From Antedon mediterranea (Eukaryota > Animalia > Echinodermata), in contig NC_092679.1 of the NCBI RefSeq assembly GCF_964355755.1, forward strand, positions 23,357,432 through 23,421,431: DNA of 64,000 bases. The letters run 5' to 3'. Positions 49,744-63,498 of this stretch are shown here, one piece after another; position 1 is the stretch's first letter, and every line of letters starts with the position of its first letter. The notes below the pieces were generated by a model. It worked only from the letters and a program-made list of their open reading frames with translations, made no database searches and had not been told where the DNA came from. A program made the translations under genes and the position numbers.

Positions 49744-52700
49744 ATGAGTCGTTTTGTAACTGGTGAACTTTCGATCTCACACATAAATGACTGGTTTACT
49801 ATCGGAGGACCTCCACCTTCTCGTCCGCCAATAATTCCGTGCACGAAACTCGGTCGACAGGCCCTTGATCCTACCACAGGCGAGGCTGCTGTTGATGATG
49901 AAAAACCGTTTATTCCCCATTTCAGAAGGTAAAATATTTACAGATAGTAACTCTCGGTTTAATTGATGGGCTAGAATAGAACTTATAAAATACAGAGGTG
50001 GTGGTTAAATGAACACAATTAGCTACTGCATTTACTAGTACTACTAGGCCTACTGTTATGCGTGATTTGAACATATTGATATTGCACAATTTCGGCGCCA
50101 CAATTTCTTTGCACTCAGAGATGGATATTCATGCGTAATTTTAAATTAAGAAATTCTTCGCCTTGACATGCATGTTGTAAAAAATGATTATTTTCTTTTG
50201 TTCGACACGGTTGTTCTGCCCTTTTTTATTATTAATTTCATTACACACACATTTAACAGTTGACCGTGGCTATATTGGTCACAAAATGTTGACCTATAAA
50301 TAGGAAATGAGGAAATAAGAAGTGCACTGATTACCGTTAACTTAGCTCTGTCTGAATGGACCTTTATGAAATTGCAGTTTCCAAATCATCATATTTTCCT
50401 GGGTTAATTTTCTGTCACAATTTTTAATGTACTTTAGACCCACAGTAGGAGGTGTAAACGCAAAAGAATATGCTGAACACTACAAGAGAGAATATCTAGA
50501 AGAACAGCTTGACTTAGAAGAGAGTGAAAATCAAGAGAGTGAAAATCAAGATAGTGTTTATAATTATGGTGCTATGTCAGGTACATATCTTCAATTTTGC
50601 TTTGTATGTATGATAACATTGTATTCATCCTCAAATTGAGGAAATCGACAGTCACAGTGATGAACAACTACCATGGAAGACAGAGAGGTTGAGATAAACA
50701 AATGCACCTGGTTATTCAAATTAACTAACTTGAATTTAACCAGAAACCCATTGACTTCATCAAAAAAGTGTAGTTCTGGCTTTTTATCTTTAATTCATAG
50801 TTTTAAATTTAATAAACAAATATGCGACATATTTAACAAAAATTGTTTTTTTTAGGACAATTACAATCTTTTTAACATTGTAATTTTTTTTTCTCTGTTG
50901 TGGTTTTAAACCACCACCTTTATTCATTCAATCTTTCATACATATTTTATTCACATTTCATTTTCGTACATTAAATTTCCGTATTCTACCTTTTTCGTTA
51001 TTTTCTGATTTTTAAACTTTAAACCTTAATAGTGTTTTGATTATGAATACAAATAACATAAAAATTCACACTTCATTTAGTACATGATATTATACGTTTT
51101 AAAACATTGTTATTTCATGATTTTTTAAACAGAAGAAATCAAAATATTCCACAACTTTATGCAACAGCTTCAATGTGCTTTACAGTAAAAATAAAATTTC
51201 TGAAAACTAGCACTAATGAAAACATTGTTTTTTTTAATGCAGAATTGGAAAGTGTCACCGAAAGTATGAGTTCAATGACCTTGCCAGGCAACGTTCTGAT
51301 CGAGCCAGAAGCTACAAAAGTTTACAAGAACTATACATTTGATCACACATACAATTCAAATCTACCTAGTACGCATTATCGTGAAACGGTATGTGCCGCT
51401 TTTTAATAACTATTATTTTATTAATTATTTGATCCTATGTAAGATCCAATTCCTCCTTGTACTCATTGAGAAACGATATGTGCCGCTTTTTAATCACTAT
51501 TAATTATTTGATCCTATGTAAGATCCAATTCCTCCTTGTACTCATTGAGAAACGGTATGTGCCGCTTTTTAATAACTATTAATTATTTGATCCTATGTAA
51601 GATCCAATTTCTCCTTGTACTCATTGAGAAACGATATGTGCCGCTTTTTAATCACTATTAATTATTTGATCCTATGTAAGATCCAATTTCTCCTTGTACT
51701 CATTGAGAAACGATATGTGCCGCTTTTTGATAACTATTAATTATTTGATCCTATGTAAGATCCAATTTCTCCTTGTACTCATTGAGAAACGATATGTGCT
51801 CTTTACACACTATCAATTTGATCATACGTAAAATCCAAATCTACTAAATACTCACACCAAATGGTGTGTGCCGATTTTTATATTGTCGAATTAAAACAAA
51901 GTGTCCCTTTTATAAGTAGTATCCTCAGAATAGGGGTTGGCGATAGTGTTAAAACATATGAATTTCCAAACATATATTTCCCCTCGTTTGTTTCTCAAGA
52001 TAGTGTCCCTTTTAATAGTGGTGCCCCTGAAATTAGAGGTGTCACTTAAAAGATAAGGGGTGTCCCAAAGGAAGCAATTCTGCCCTAAAAAATCAAGTAG
52101 GAATTCTTTCATTCTTAAAAGAATGAAACCAAAACAAAGGGAGATTGTAAGTTATAAACAGCAAATGAAAGTGTTGTTATTATCTTAATTCCTGAGATAT
52201 AAACAATCGTTTCTTGATTCAATAATTTCATTTTCTTTACTCCAATTTTAAACAATCTTTTTAATCCAAAGATTATCAGTACAATAGAAAACAACCAAGT
52301 GACTGTAATCCAAGGCCCAACAGGATGTGGCAAGACTACCCAAGTACCCCAGTTTATTTTGGACCATTATGTGCGGGAAGACCGCCATTGTAACATTGTT
52401 GTAACACAGCCTAGACGAATAGCAGCCATTAGCATTGCCAAGAGAGTGAACGCTGAGCGGAAGTGGCAGCTAGGAGGCTTAGTTGGCTATCAGGTAATCA
52501 TAAAGGCTCATTTACACTAGGACGATAATGATAAATCTGCATTTCTTCCTACATAAAACAAAAGAAATCTAAAACGTTATCACCATAGAACTATAGGATA
52601 ACCATCTATGCTGTCTTTGATAAAAATAATGTTTTTTTTAAATCCTTGTATTGTCACGATATTATTCCTAATCATGACATCATTTGATTTGATGTGTGAA

Positions 52701-55700
52701 AATCCCTATTTATCTATCTATCGTCTTCAACTCCCTTGTAATTATTTGCTTGATTTTCAGGTTGGATTGGACAGAGTGGTGACCGAGGATACAAGATTGG
52801 CTTTTGTTACTACAGGGGTTCTTTTACAAAAGCTTGTTAACACTAAAAATATGAACGAGTATACCCATGTCATTATAGATGAGGTATTTATCATTTATTA
52901 TTATCATCCTTGTCATTTGTATTTCATGACGCAATGTTTGTTTGTTTATTCTATTTTCCACAAATAATAATACATGAAATATTGATGTTGTTGAGACGAG
53001 TATAAACAGCGATGACAGTGAGAATCGAAATGTGATAATTCAATTATCTTTTTTCTTATCATTATAGGTACACGAACGGGATATTGAGTCTGATTTTGCT
53101 TTATTATTAGTTAGAAAACTTTTGAGAACAAACTCAAGATCTGTTAAGGTAAGGGTAATACTTAAAATTTCTTTGAATTTATTTTACAGAAAGTGTGTAC
53201 TTTACCCTAATTATGTTTGTGAATACGACGACCTCAGTACTCCCAGGTTCCTCAGTATTCCCAGGTACCTCAGTACTCCCATGTACCTCAGTATTCACAG
53301 GTACCTCAGTATTCCCAGGTACCTCAGTACTCCCAGGTACCTCAGTACTCCCAGGTACCTCATTACTCCCAAGTACCTCAGTACTCCCAGGTAACTAAGT
53401 ACTGTCAGGACTGGTTCACACTATTGAATTGCAATCCAGACAGAGAATTATTCGTTAGCCTAATCGTTCACATTCTGTTATCAGGAACAATTACACTTTC
53501 TTTAATAGCCAGTCAGCCCCAAGTATTCCTGTCAAATAACAATTATAGGTAAAATGACGTAAATGGTAGCCAAATTTCTCAACATAATATCCTAGGCTCA
53601 CGCTAGCTTGAAATTGGCAAACTGCTAGGGTTCGCCTAGATATCCAGATAATTGCAATCCTCATTAAGATTATACCTTTCCTCTTTTTCAAAAATGTTTA
53701 CAGGTGATACTAATGTCAGCATCAATAGATACCAACCTATTCACTAGATATTTCTCCCACCCTGTCGTTGGACGCATGGAACCTGCACCAGTTGTATCGA
53801 TAGAAGGAAGAATATTTGATGTGGAAGAGTTATATTTGGATGACATTCGACAATTTGGAATGGTAAGTTGACATTAGGGAGATCTTGATGACCTATGACC
53901 TAGGAATAAGTTAAAAGTCATGTCAATTAATGTGTCGTTCTGTTGATTTTTAGAGGCATGGAAGAATGTTCTAATTTCCCAGCATGCAATGAAAACAAAA
54001 ACTGCTTTGCTTTTACAGATACCACATCATGAAGCAGACAATCCTCAGATTGACAGACAGGCCTACGAGCTAGTTAAGAGACTTCTTTTACATTTTGATG
54101 ATATGGAAAGGAAGGAACAAGAGTATGTCAACCAATAGTTTTATTATAACACACCTTGGTAGATTCTGGTCATTTGATTGGGGGATTGCGGGTCACATGA
54201 TATAAAATAAATTCTTTATCGCACTCTTTTTTTAATGGTTTGGCCTTTGTATAGTCTCTAAAAAGCCTCTTAAAAGTGGCTGTGTTATAAAACAAATAAT
54301 GAATGTTTTACATTCGTGCAATGGAACAAATAATTTCATTCTGTGAAAATTGGTTCTATTTTCACCCATGAAATTATTTGTACCATTACACTCATAAATA
54401 TTATTTATTATTGGTGTATTGTTTCAAATCTATCTATGAAGGAATCCTACTACTAAAGTCATTTTGAGCACACTCTAAAACATGAGCAGCGTACATGACT
54501 TAAAAAAATTTAAGAGTACACTTATAAAAGTTGTATTTTATTTGTTTAATTTAAGTTCATGTTATTGTTACAGTGTAGAGGAACCTAACTTTCCAGAAGA
54601 TAGAGGCAGTGTTCTTATGTTTCTTCCAGGTAAAATTTTCTATAATTTGTATGATAAACAGTAGTTTTAAGTAATTTTTATTGAATGCCCATAAATAGAA
54701 ATTTCTACATAATAATATAATTAATCTACATAATTATTAATGTGCACTGTTGAAAGAGTCAATCAATTATTTCTGTATGTTTGTAAACTTGCAGGTAAAC
54801 CAGAGATTGAAACAATGGATGAACATCTGAACATTTTTAAGACTGAAAGGAGAAATCAAAGGTATGTAATATTAAATTATATACTGCATTATTAAAACAT
54901 ATAATGTATGTTACTGTGTTAAATGGGGAGAATATTTTAATGAGTTGAAATATTGACTGTTAAATTCAACAAGGAGAAATGAACATGCAGTATAACCAGT
55001 GATTTACCGTGCAATATGATATACATATGAATGTTAAAGTTGAATGGGCAGAAAATTTCACAATCTTCTGTTTTCTTTTTCAGAATTGTAATTTTGCCAT
55101 TGCATTCTGATATCACATCTCAAGAACAGGCCAGAGTGTTTTATAAGCCAAATCCTGGATTTAGAAAGGTAAAAAAAGATGATAGCTGTATTTTTGGTGG
55201 TTGATTGGTGGTTAAGGTGCTCATCTACTGATTCCAGTGTCTTGAGTCCAATTCCTGTTTTAATTCTTTTTCTTCAGTGTACAAAAAACAATTCCACACC
55301 CAGTTCATTAAAGAATTTTTTTAGTGACTGTTTTATCTTTATGTTTAGGTGATCCTGTCTACTAATATAGCTGAGAGTTCTATTACAGTGCCGGACATCA
55401 AATATGGTGAGATAATCCAAAAGCATAATATAATATGTGTGCCCAAGGAGTATGTCTAACAGACACAGACTAAAAACGTGAATAGAAATCACCGATTAAT
55501 TTACTAATTTAAATATTAATTAACAATTTTGCAAACAGCCTAAAAGAAAACCATAGGCTACAGTAGCCCAACAAGAAATGTTAATAATAAATTAAATGTT
55601 ATTATTTATTTTCAGTTATTGATTTCATGCTTGTGAAACACTTGATGTGTGACTATGAGACAAACTATGAAAGCTTAAAACTGTTTTGGGCGTCCAGGGC

Positions 55701-58700
55701 TAATGCCATTCAAAGAAAAGGTTTTTAAAATCATTTCATATTCCATATTTTAATGAGAATGAGTGTTTTGTGTCCCACATTTATTCTTTACTTCATATTG
55801 CAGTCGACTCAAAAGCTCTGTCTACACTATCAAACTAGTTTAACAAAATATGTATGATGTGATGTGTGCCCAAATACATTACATTATTGTCCATATATGG
55901 GCACATCACATTTTTTTTTACATAAAATTTGATAGTGTAGACAGAGCTTTATGGGTTAACAAGTAAATGTCTAGCTCTGATTGACAACAATATTCTATTG
56001 CTTAGATATGCCAATACAGTACATAGGTATAATTCACAGGTCGAGCTGGGCGTGTAGCTTCTGGAAAAGTGTATAGGCTGGTTACCAAACGTTTTTGGGA
56101 AGATTCTATAAATGAATATGGTGTACCCGAGATGCTGGTAAGTAAACAAAAAATATATTAAGTCTCCTTCGTATAAAGCTCTGTATATAAAACTTTATGT
56201 GACAAAAAAATGTGATGTGCCCATATATGGACAGGATGATGTCATATCACTACCATATTTGAGCATATCACTACCATATTTGGGCACATCACAATTTTGT
56301 TGTGAAACTAGTTTGATAGTGTAGACAGAACTCTATAACCATTGATACTATTTTTTCTTTCACAGCGATCTCCTTTGGAGACACTGATTCTAAAGGTGAA
56401 GCGGCTTGACCAGGGTGAGCCTAAAGCTATATTAGGCCTAGCACTCGAACCACCAAACCTAACAGAAATTGAGAGAACTGTGCTACTATTAAAAGAGGTA
56501 AATAAATTCTGAAAAATAAAAATTAATTTCCTTTCATAGGAGTGAAAAATATAAAATAATTTGTAAAATTCTTGTCCAGCTAGTAGAGTTAATATACTGT
56601 ATTGGTGCTCATATTTTTTACGATTTGTTGTTTTTTCCTGTTTAGGTTGGAGCATTGTCCACTCTTAGCAATGGCATTAGAAATCCACATGACGGAGACT
56701 TAACATTTCCTGGAAGAGTTTTAGCAGAGTTACCAGTTGACATTCGGTTAGGAAAAATGATCATACTAGGCCATGTATTTGGTTGCCTCAGGGATTGCGT
56801 GATAATAGGTAATATTCCCACTAAAATGACTAACCCACTCAACTACAAAACTAAACCTAGCCCTAACATGCAGTGGGGTGAGGAAGCATTGTGGAATGAT
56901 ACATTTTTATTATTCTGTTGCACTTATGTGTACATGGAGAGAGTAAAAAAAAATATTCAGTAGATAAATATCAAAGACATTTTGAAATTATTTTTGTAGG
57001 TGCTGCCTTGTCTGTCAAAAGTATTTTCTCAAGACCATTTGGTAAAGATCTGGACGCATTTAGGTTTGTTATAATAGTATATATATATATATATAAAAGC
57101 TAGACTTTCATCAGTTATTTTGTTGTTTTCGCACTTAAACTGAAAATATATTAATCTACAGTACTTTTTATCAAAATTAATTTTGATACAAAATTTGCTT
57201 ATTATCATATGAATTACATATAATGTTGTCAAAGGTCAAATTGTATTCATCTGCATATGCATTTCTCGCTCTATGTTGTTCATTTAATATTTTTGTTTTG
57301 TATTCTATACAATTATATTTAGACATAAGAAGGGTTGGGGAAAAGGCTCATCCTCTGACAGTATAGCAGCCCTGAATGCCTATAAGACTTGGGAAGAAAT
57401 GAAGATCAGTGGAGCGTTCAAGAGGTCACGTGATGTAAGCATACATTAATGGTTGTTTTGTTAAAAATATAACAGAACTTTTATTATCAAGATACTGATT
57501 TATGGTGGCCCAGCATCAGTAGCTTATGTGCTTCATTGAATAGAACAGTCAATAGAACAGTCAATAGAACAGTCAATAGAACAGACGTCAATAGAACAGT
57601 CAATAGAACAGTCAATAGAACAGTCAATAGAACAGTCAATAGAACAGTCAATAGAACAGTCAATAGAACAGACAATAGAACAGTCAATAGAACAGTCAAT
57701 AGAACAGTCAATAGAACAGTCAATAGAACAGTCAATAGAACAGTCAATAGAACAGTCAATAGAACAGTCAATAGAACAGTCAATAGAACAGTCAATAGAA
57801 CAGTCAATAGAACAGTCAATAGAACAGTCAATAGAACAGTCAATAGAACAGTCAATAGAACAGTCAATAGAACAGACGTCAATCTTCAAAAAAAAAATGA
57901 AAATATTCTCTCCATTCCACCCATAAACATTATTTGCAAAATCATTCTTTTTCCATATTTTTTCTTGAATGTAGGCAGAACGGAATTGGTGTAGAGATAA
58001 TTTCATTCAATTAGGACGGATTTACGATGTTGAAAGAGTTGTGATTGAGTTGATCCGAAGACTTGACAACCTGAATATCAAAGTGCCAAGAGGAAATCCT
58101 CATAATCAGCGACCGACAAATCCAATTCACGATGTTCTTATTTTAAAGGTTTTCAGTTTTTCCATCTTTGAAGGGTTATATTATTATTATTATTATTATT
58201 ATTATACTGTTCCGGCATGGTTCCGGTAAATCAAATTGAACGTCAATGTTTCATGTTTGAGTAGAGCTAGATTTCCCACCTGGAACAAGTCTTAAGCTCT
58301 GTCTACACTATCAAACTAGTTTGACAAAAAAAGTGTGATGTGCTCAAATATGGTAGTGATATGCCAAAATATAGTAGTGATATAACATCATCGTGTCCAT
58401 ATATGGGCACATCACATTTTTTGTCACCTAAAGTTTTATAGTGTAGACAGAGCTTAATTTAGTTGATTTGCAGGCTGCTGTCAATTGAAAATGTGCTCAG
58501 TAGCATATCCAGGATTTTGAAATGGGTCCCAAAAGCCAAATAATCTATTTTTTGCGTTGTTTTTCCCGAGTGACTCCCATGCTAAGCGTCTCCCTTTGCC
58601 TTGGATTTACCTATGCAGTATACATACATTACCCTTTTTAATCTGTAGATGGTCATGGCAGGGGCATTCTATCCCAACTACTTTCTGCAACTACCATCAG

Positions 58701-61700
58701 ATGAAGAGGACGTGCACCGACAGATGTCTGGCAAGGATCCATGCACCACAGTAATGGTGAGTGCTTAGTACATTCAAATATGATGTTCTGTTTATACAGT
58801 CGACTCCGCCTAAGTCGAATTCGCGTAAGTCGAAAAATCGCGAAAGTCGAATTTTTAGGAAAGTCCCAATTCTTTCCTATACATTACTGTGTAATTTTTA
58901 TTTGTAAGTCAAATTTTTCTAAGTCGAAATTCGTCTAAGTCGACGTCTTTTTGCGGTCCGAATACACATATTCTTTAGTGATTTATATCGTATAAGTCGA
59001 AGTCACAAATTACGCGGCAACAACGCGCTAAAAAAGCCGATAAAACGTACGTAATTCGTTAAACAAACGACAGAGGGGATAATGTGGGACCATATCGGTT
59101 CTCTCAAGCAGGTTGTATAGTATAGGCGGCGTCCTACAACTCGCGCTAGTGTATAGTGCATGAGTTGTTTCAGAGTTGAGAACTTGAGCGGCGTTTTGTG
59201 GGTACCTATTTTGTGCTAGACAAATGGCAATAAACAATGGATACCGATTTCGAATAAGAACCGAAATGTATTTATTATACGTTTTTGTATTGTTTCGGGC
59301 TTAAACCATATGAAAAAACAGTTTATCATTGCCGATAAAGAGGCTTAGCATTTATTAGGCCTAGTAGCTAGCTAGCTAAGCAAACTCAATTCAAGAAGGC
59401 TCATCGCGGGGGCCGCGATCGCGACAGGCCAGGCCTAGCCATAGCGCGGCTAGTGAGTGAGCCTAGGCCTAGCATTTTTTTTTGCAAATCTGTAAGTCGA
59501 ATTTCGCGTAACTCGAATTTTTATACCGGTCCCATTAGATTCGACTTAGGCGGAGTCGACTGTATATGATGATTTACACACAGTTTACACATATCTTGGA
59601 CTGTTGCCAACAAATCTATTTTTAGAAACAGTATGGCTATTAGTTAAGTCACCTTTTTACAACAGAACAACAAACCGTGCTTCTATTTTTTTTTATATCC
59701 AATTTTTTTTTTTTTGGAAGAAAAATTTTTTTTCATACAAGAAAAAATGGAAAAGTACTATTACATGAACAGTAAATAGTATGTACTATTGCACACCATC
59801 TGACCCACAATCGTCCAATCAAATGACCCAAATTAATATGTAGGTGTTATATTACGGTTTATAATTAATAAATTGAATGCTATTTGATGCTTAATTCTGT
59901 TAGGTGAAGAAAATGCCACCAAATGCATGTCATAATAGTGCGGCGGTTGCAGCTCTCTTCAGGCCCTGTGGTAAAGGAAAGACTCTTCACTTTGAAGAAA
60001 CTAAGTATGTGTATTTTATTTCCATTGAAAATTTATATGTGTATAATTTATTTATAGTTTTATTTATATATTGAATGATGTATTTCTTAATTCTTATTAT
60101 TTATTTATTTTTTTTTAAAATTATTATTTTGTATTTATTTCTAGATGTTTTATAGAGTTTGATAGATTGCCAATGTTGGGCAATAGTGGTGATAGTCAGA
60201 ATATGGTATTGCCTGCTGTGTATCTAGCAGTCAAAATGAGGTATGTAGATTTATCAATGGACTGATTTACAGTTGATTAGATTAGATGTCCATTTTCGAA
60301 AGTGGAAAACGCTTTATTATTTAATACAGGTATAAAAAATAAATTGGGATGCTATCGCAAGATCAATAGTTGAGAAGAGCCTTTAACCTGTGCTGATTTT
60401 ATTTTTGTCTTTTGCGATTTTATGACGACGGTACATTTAACTCGATGAAGATGTTGTTTGTTGTTTTGTTATTTGATGTTTTGTTGTTTGTTGTTTTGTT
60501 TGCTGTTTTGTTGTTTGTTGTTTTGATGTTTGTTGTTTTGTTGTTTAATGTTTTGTTGTTTAATGTTTTGTTGTTTAATGTTTTGTTGTTTGTTGTTTGT
60601 TGTTTTGATGTTTGTTGTTTTGTTGTTTGATGTTTTGTTGTTTAATGTTTTGTTGTTTAATGTTTTGTTGTTTGTTGTTTTGATGTTTGTTGTTTTGTTG
60701 TTTGATGTTTTGTTGTTTGTTGTTTTGATGTTTGTTGTTTTGTTGTTTGATGTTTTGTTGTTTAATGTTTTGTTGTTTAATGTTTTGTTGTTGTTTTGAT
60801 GTTTTTTATTTTGTTGTTTGTTGTTTTGTTGTTTGTTGTTTTGTTGTTTGATGTTTTGTTGTTTGTTGTTTTGTTGTTTGATGTTTTGTTGTTTAATGTT
60901 TTGTTGTTTAATGTTTTGTTGTTTAATGTTTTGTTGTTTAATGTTTTGTTGTTTGTTGTTTTGTTGTTTGTTGTTTTGTTGTTTGTTGTTTTGTTTTTTG
61001 TTGTTTTGTTGTTTGTTGTTTTGTTGTTTGTTGTTTTGTTGTTTGATGTTTTGTTGTTTAATGTTTTGTTGTTTAATGTTTTGTTGTTTGTTGTTTTGAT
61101 GTTTGTTTTGTTGTTTGATGTTTTGTTGTTTGTTGTTTTGATGTTTGTTGTTTTGATGTTTGTTGTTTAATGTTTTGTTGTTTGTTGTTTTGATGTTTGT
61201 TGTTTTGTTGTTTGATGTTTTGTTGTTTGTTGTTTTGATGTTTGTTGTTTTGATGTTTGTTGTTTTGTTGTTTAATGTTTTGTTGTTTTATGTTTTGTTG
61301 TTTTATGTTTTGTTGTTTGTTGTTTTGTTGTTTAATGTTTTGTTGTTTGTTGTTTTGTTGTTTGTTGTTTTGTTGTTTGATGTTTTGTTGTTTGTTGTTT
61401 TGTTGTTTGTTGTTTTGTTGTTTGTTGTTTGTTGGTTTGTTGTTTGTTGGTTTGTTGTTTGTTGGTTTGTTGTTTTGTTGTTTAATGTTTTGTTGTTTAA
61501 TGTTTTGTTGTTTAATGTTTTGTTGTTTGTTGTTTTGTTGTTTGTTGTTTTGTTGTTTAATGTTTTGTTGTTTGTTGTTTTGTTGTTTGATGTTTTGTTG
61601 TTTGATGTTTTGTTGTTTGTTGTTTTGTTGTTTGTTGTTTTGTTGTTTAATGTTTTGTTGTTTGTTGTTTTGTTGTTTGTTGTTTTGTTGTTTGTTGTTT

Positions 61701-63498
61701 TGTTGTTTGTTGTTTTGTTGTTTGTTTGTTGGTTTGTTGTTTGTTGTTTTGTTGTTTAATGTTTTGTTGTTTGATGTTTTGTTGTTTGTTGTTTTGTTGT
61801 TTAATGTTTTGTTGTTTGTTGTTTTGTTGTTTGTTGTTTTGTTGTTTGTTGGTTTGTTGTTTGTTGGTTTGTTGTTTGTTGGTTTGTTGTTTGTTGTTTT
61901 GTTGTTTAATGTTTTGTTGTTTAATGTTTTGTTGTTTAATGTTTTGTTGTTTAATGTTTTGTTGTTTGTTGTTTTGTTGTTTGTTGTTTTGTTGTTTGAT
62001 GTTTTGTTGTTTGATGTTTTGTTGTTTGATGTTTTGTTGTTTGATGTTTTGTTGTTTGATGTTTTGTTGTTTGATGTTTTGTTGTTTGATGTTTTGTTGT
62101 TTGATGTTTTGTTGTTTGATGTTTTGTTGTTTGTTGTTTTGATGTTTGTTGTTTTGATGTTTGTTGTTTGTTGTTTTGTTGTTTGATGTTTTGTTGTTTG
62201 TTGTTTTGTTGTTTGATGTTTTGTAGTTTGATGTTTTGTTGTTTGATGTTTTGTTGTTTGTTGTTTTGATGTTTTGTTGTTTTGTTGTTTTGTTGTTTGT
62301 TGTTTCATGTTTTGTTGTTTGATGTTTTGATGTTTGTTGTTTTGTTGTTTGATGTTTTGTTGTTTGATGTTTTGTTGTTTGTTGTTTTGTTGTTTTATTG
62401 TTTTGTTTAATGTTTTGTGGGCAGATGAGGCTTCCATTAAGATGTTGTTTGTTGTTTGTTGTTTATTGTTAATGTTTTGTAGGCAGTTGAGGCTTCCATT
62501 AAGTCTGGATGCATACGAAGCAAGAGATGAATACTTAGACACCTTGAAAGCTGAACAAGAACAATTGTCTGTAAAAGAAAGAAAACTTAAAACAAACAGG
62601 TAAAGAAGAACACGATTACCTTCCTTGCATCAGTGTTATTTTTTTCATATTTAGGCAACTTGTCGAGATAAGCAAATTTAACCGGAGTGCATTCTCATTT
62701 ACATCTATTTACAAGAAAGATGTTATAATACATAAGTAAAGTGGTTAGGAATCTGACAGGATTTAAACCCAGACCTCAGGATCAGTAGCCAATCATTTTG
62801 ACCACCAAACAACAACTCTGTTTTAGCTGTTATAGTCATACTATTCATTCATTCATCAGTGGAATATTATTTCCATTTATTGTCATTTGCATATAAAATA
62901 TACATAGAAACTATATATATATCTGAGATATACAAAAACAGATACAAACGAAAACAATACAAAACATATACCTACATACATCTTCTGATTGTTCCCTAAA
63001 ATCATGGATTTAATTGATGGGTATTTTTTCAACAGAGTTGGTACCTCCTTTGATGAAAGTGAACCACAGTTTATAGCTCCGCCCCCTCCTGACAAATCTT
63101 GGATTAAGATATTTGTGACTGAGGTATATTATTATTACATAATTGTATTTTGGTTTTTCCCCGATGGTCACATGTTGAGAGCACTGGTTTCTTATTTAAT
63201 GTAACCGCTTATTTAGTCTTTATAAGTGAAATCATTCATTCTTTTTTCTTGAATAGCCTAAGTTTTATTCATCTTTATTTTTTCATGGTTTGGGGGCAAT
63301 ACATAAACAAATACACAAAAACACATAAGTCCCAAGCAGGTATACAAATTTAAACCTCTAGCCTCTATTATGGTTGTGTCATTTTAAATTCAGATTTCTG
63401 ATGGAAATCATTTGTGGGCCCATGACGCAGAGACTGAGACATTTGAACAGTTATCATATTTAATGGACATGATCAATGGAAATGCATTCACGCCAAGA
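49744..63498 (+). CDS. TDRD9: ATP-dependent RNA helicase TDRD9 / spindle-E (piRNA pathway), 3'-partial
   Basis: The N-terminus LSISHINDWFTIG matches TDRD9. Helicase motifs GPTGCGKTTQVPQFILD, TQPRRIAA, IIDEVHER, ILMSAS, VLMFLPG, ILSTNIAESSITVPD and QRKGRAGRV; HA2 region DGDLTFPGRVLAELPVD; later MAGAFYPNYF. About 25 GT-AG exons are seen, the last at ~63394-63498. The gene continues beyond the window. Confidence 0.95.
51383..51800. repeat. 79-bp tandem repeat (5+ copies) starting at a TDRD9 exon/intron junction
   Basis: GAAACG(G/A)TATGTGC recurs, with its second G at 51388, 51475, 51554, 51633, 51712 and 51791. Confidence 0.93.
53232..53400. repeat. 18-bp minisatellite (CCTCAGTACTCCCAGGTA)n, ~9 copies, intronic
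   Basis: Period read directly from the sequence. Confidence 0.93.
55814..55948. mobile_element. Short MITE (AGCTCTGTCTACAC family)
   Basis: Both TIRs intact. Confidence 0.8.
56177..56332. mobile_element. Short MITE (AGCTCTGTCTACAC family)
   Basis: Degenerate left TIR, shared core and right TIR. Confidence 0.75.
57539..57883. repeat. 12-bp minisatellite (AATAGAACAGTC)n, ~28 copies, intronic
   Basis: Period read directly from the sequence. Confidence 0.97.
58295..58454. mobile_element. Short MITE (AGCTCTGTCTACAC family), best-preserved copy
   Basis: TTA-AGCTCTGTCTACACTATCAAACT ... AGTTTTATAGTGTAGACAGAGCT-TAA. Confidence 0.82.
58797..59562. mobile_element. Tc1/mariner-pogo-type MITE with TA TSD
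   Basis: TA|CAGTCGACTCCGCCTAAGTCGAAT ... ATTCGACTTAGGCGGAGTCGACTG|TA, with repeated subterminal AAGTCGAA motifs. Confidence 0.88.
60447..62480. repeat. ~2-kb G/T-rich simple repeat (15-mer TTT(G/A)(T/A)TGTTTTGTTG variants) in a TDRD9 intron
   Basis: Read directly from the sequence. It lies between exons ending 60240 and starting 62483, which join in frame (KMR-QLRLPL). Confidence 0.97.

Noticed and set aside
57487-58006. ORFs reading VLLT, DCSI and NRTV repeats
   Set aside because: Artefacts of the 12-bp minisatellite.
60412-62542. Long ORFs (up to 489 aa, e.g. KQQNN, VVLLF and FCCL repeats)
   Set aside because: They are translations of a stop-poor simple repeat inside a TDRD9 intron. Only 62483-62599 is a real exon.
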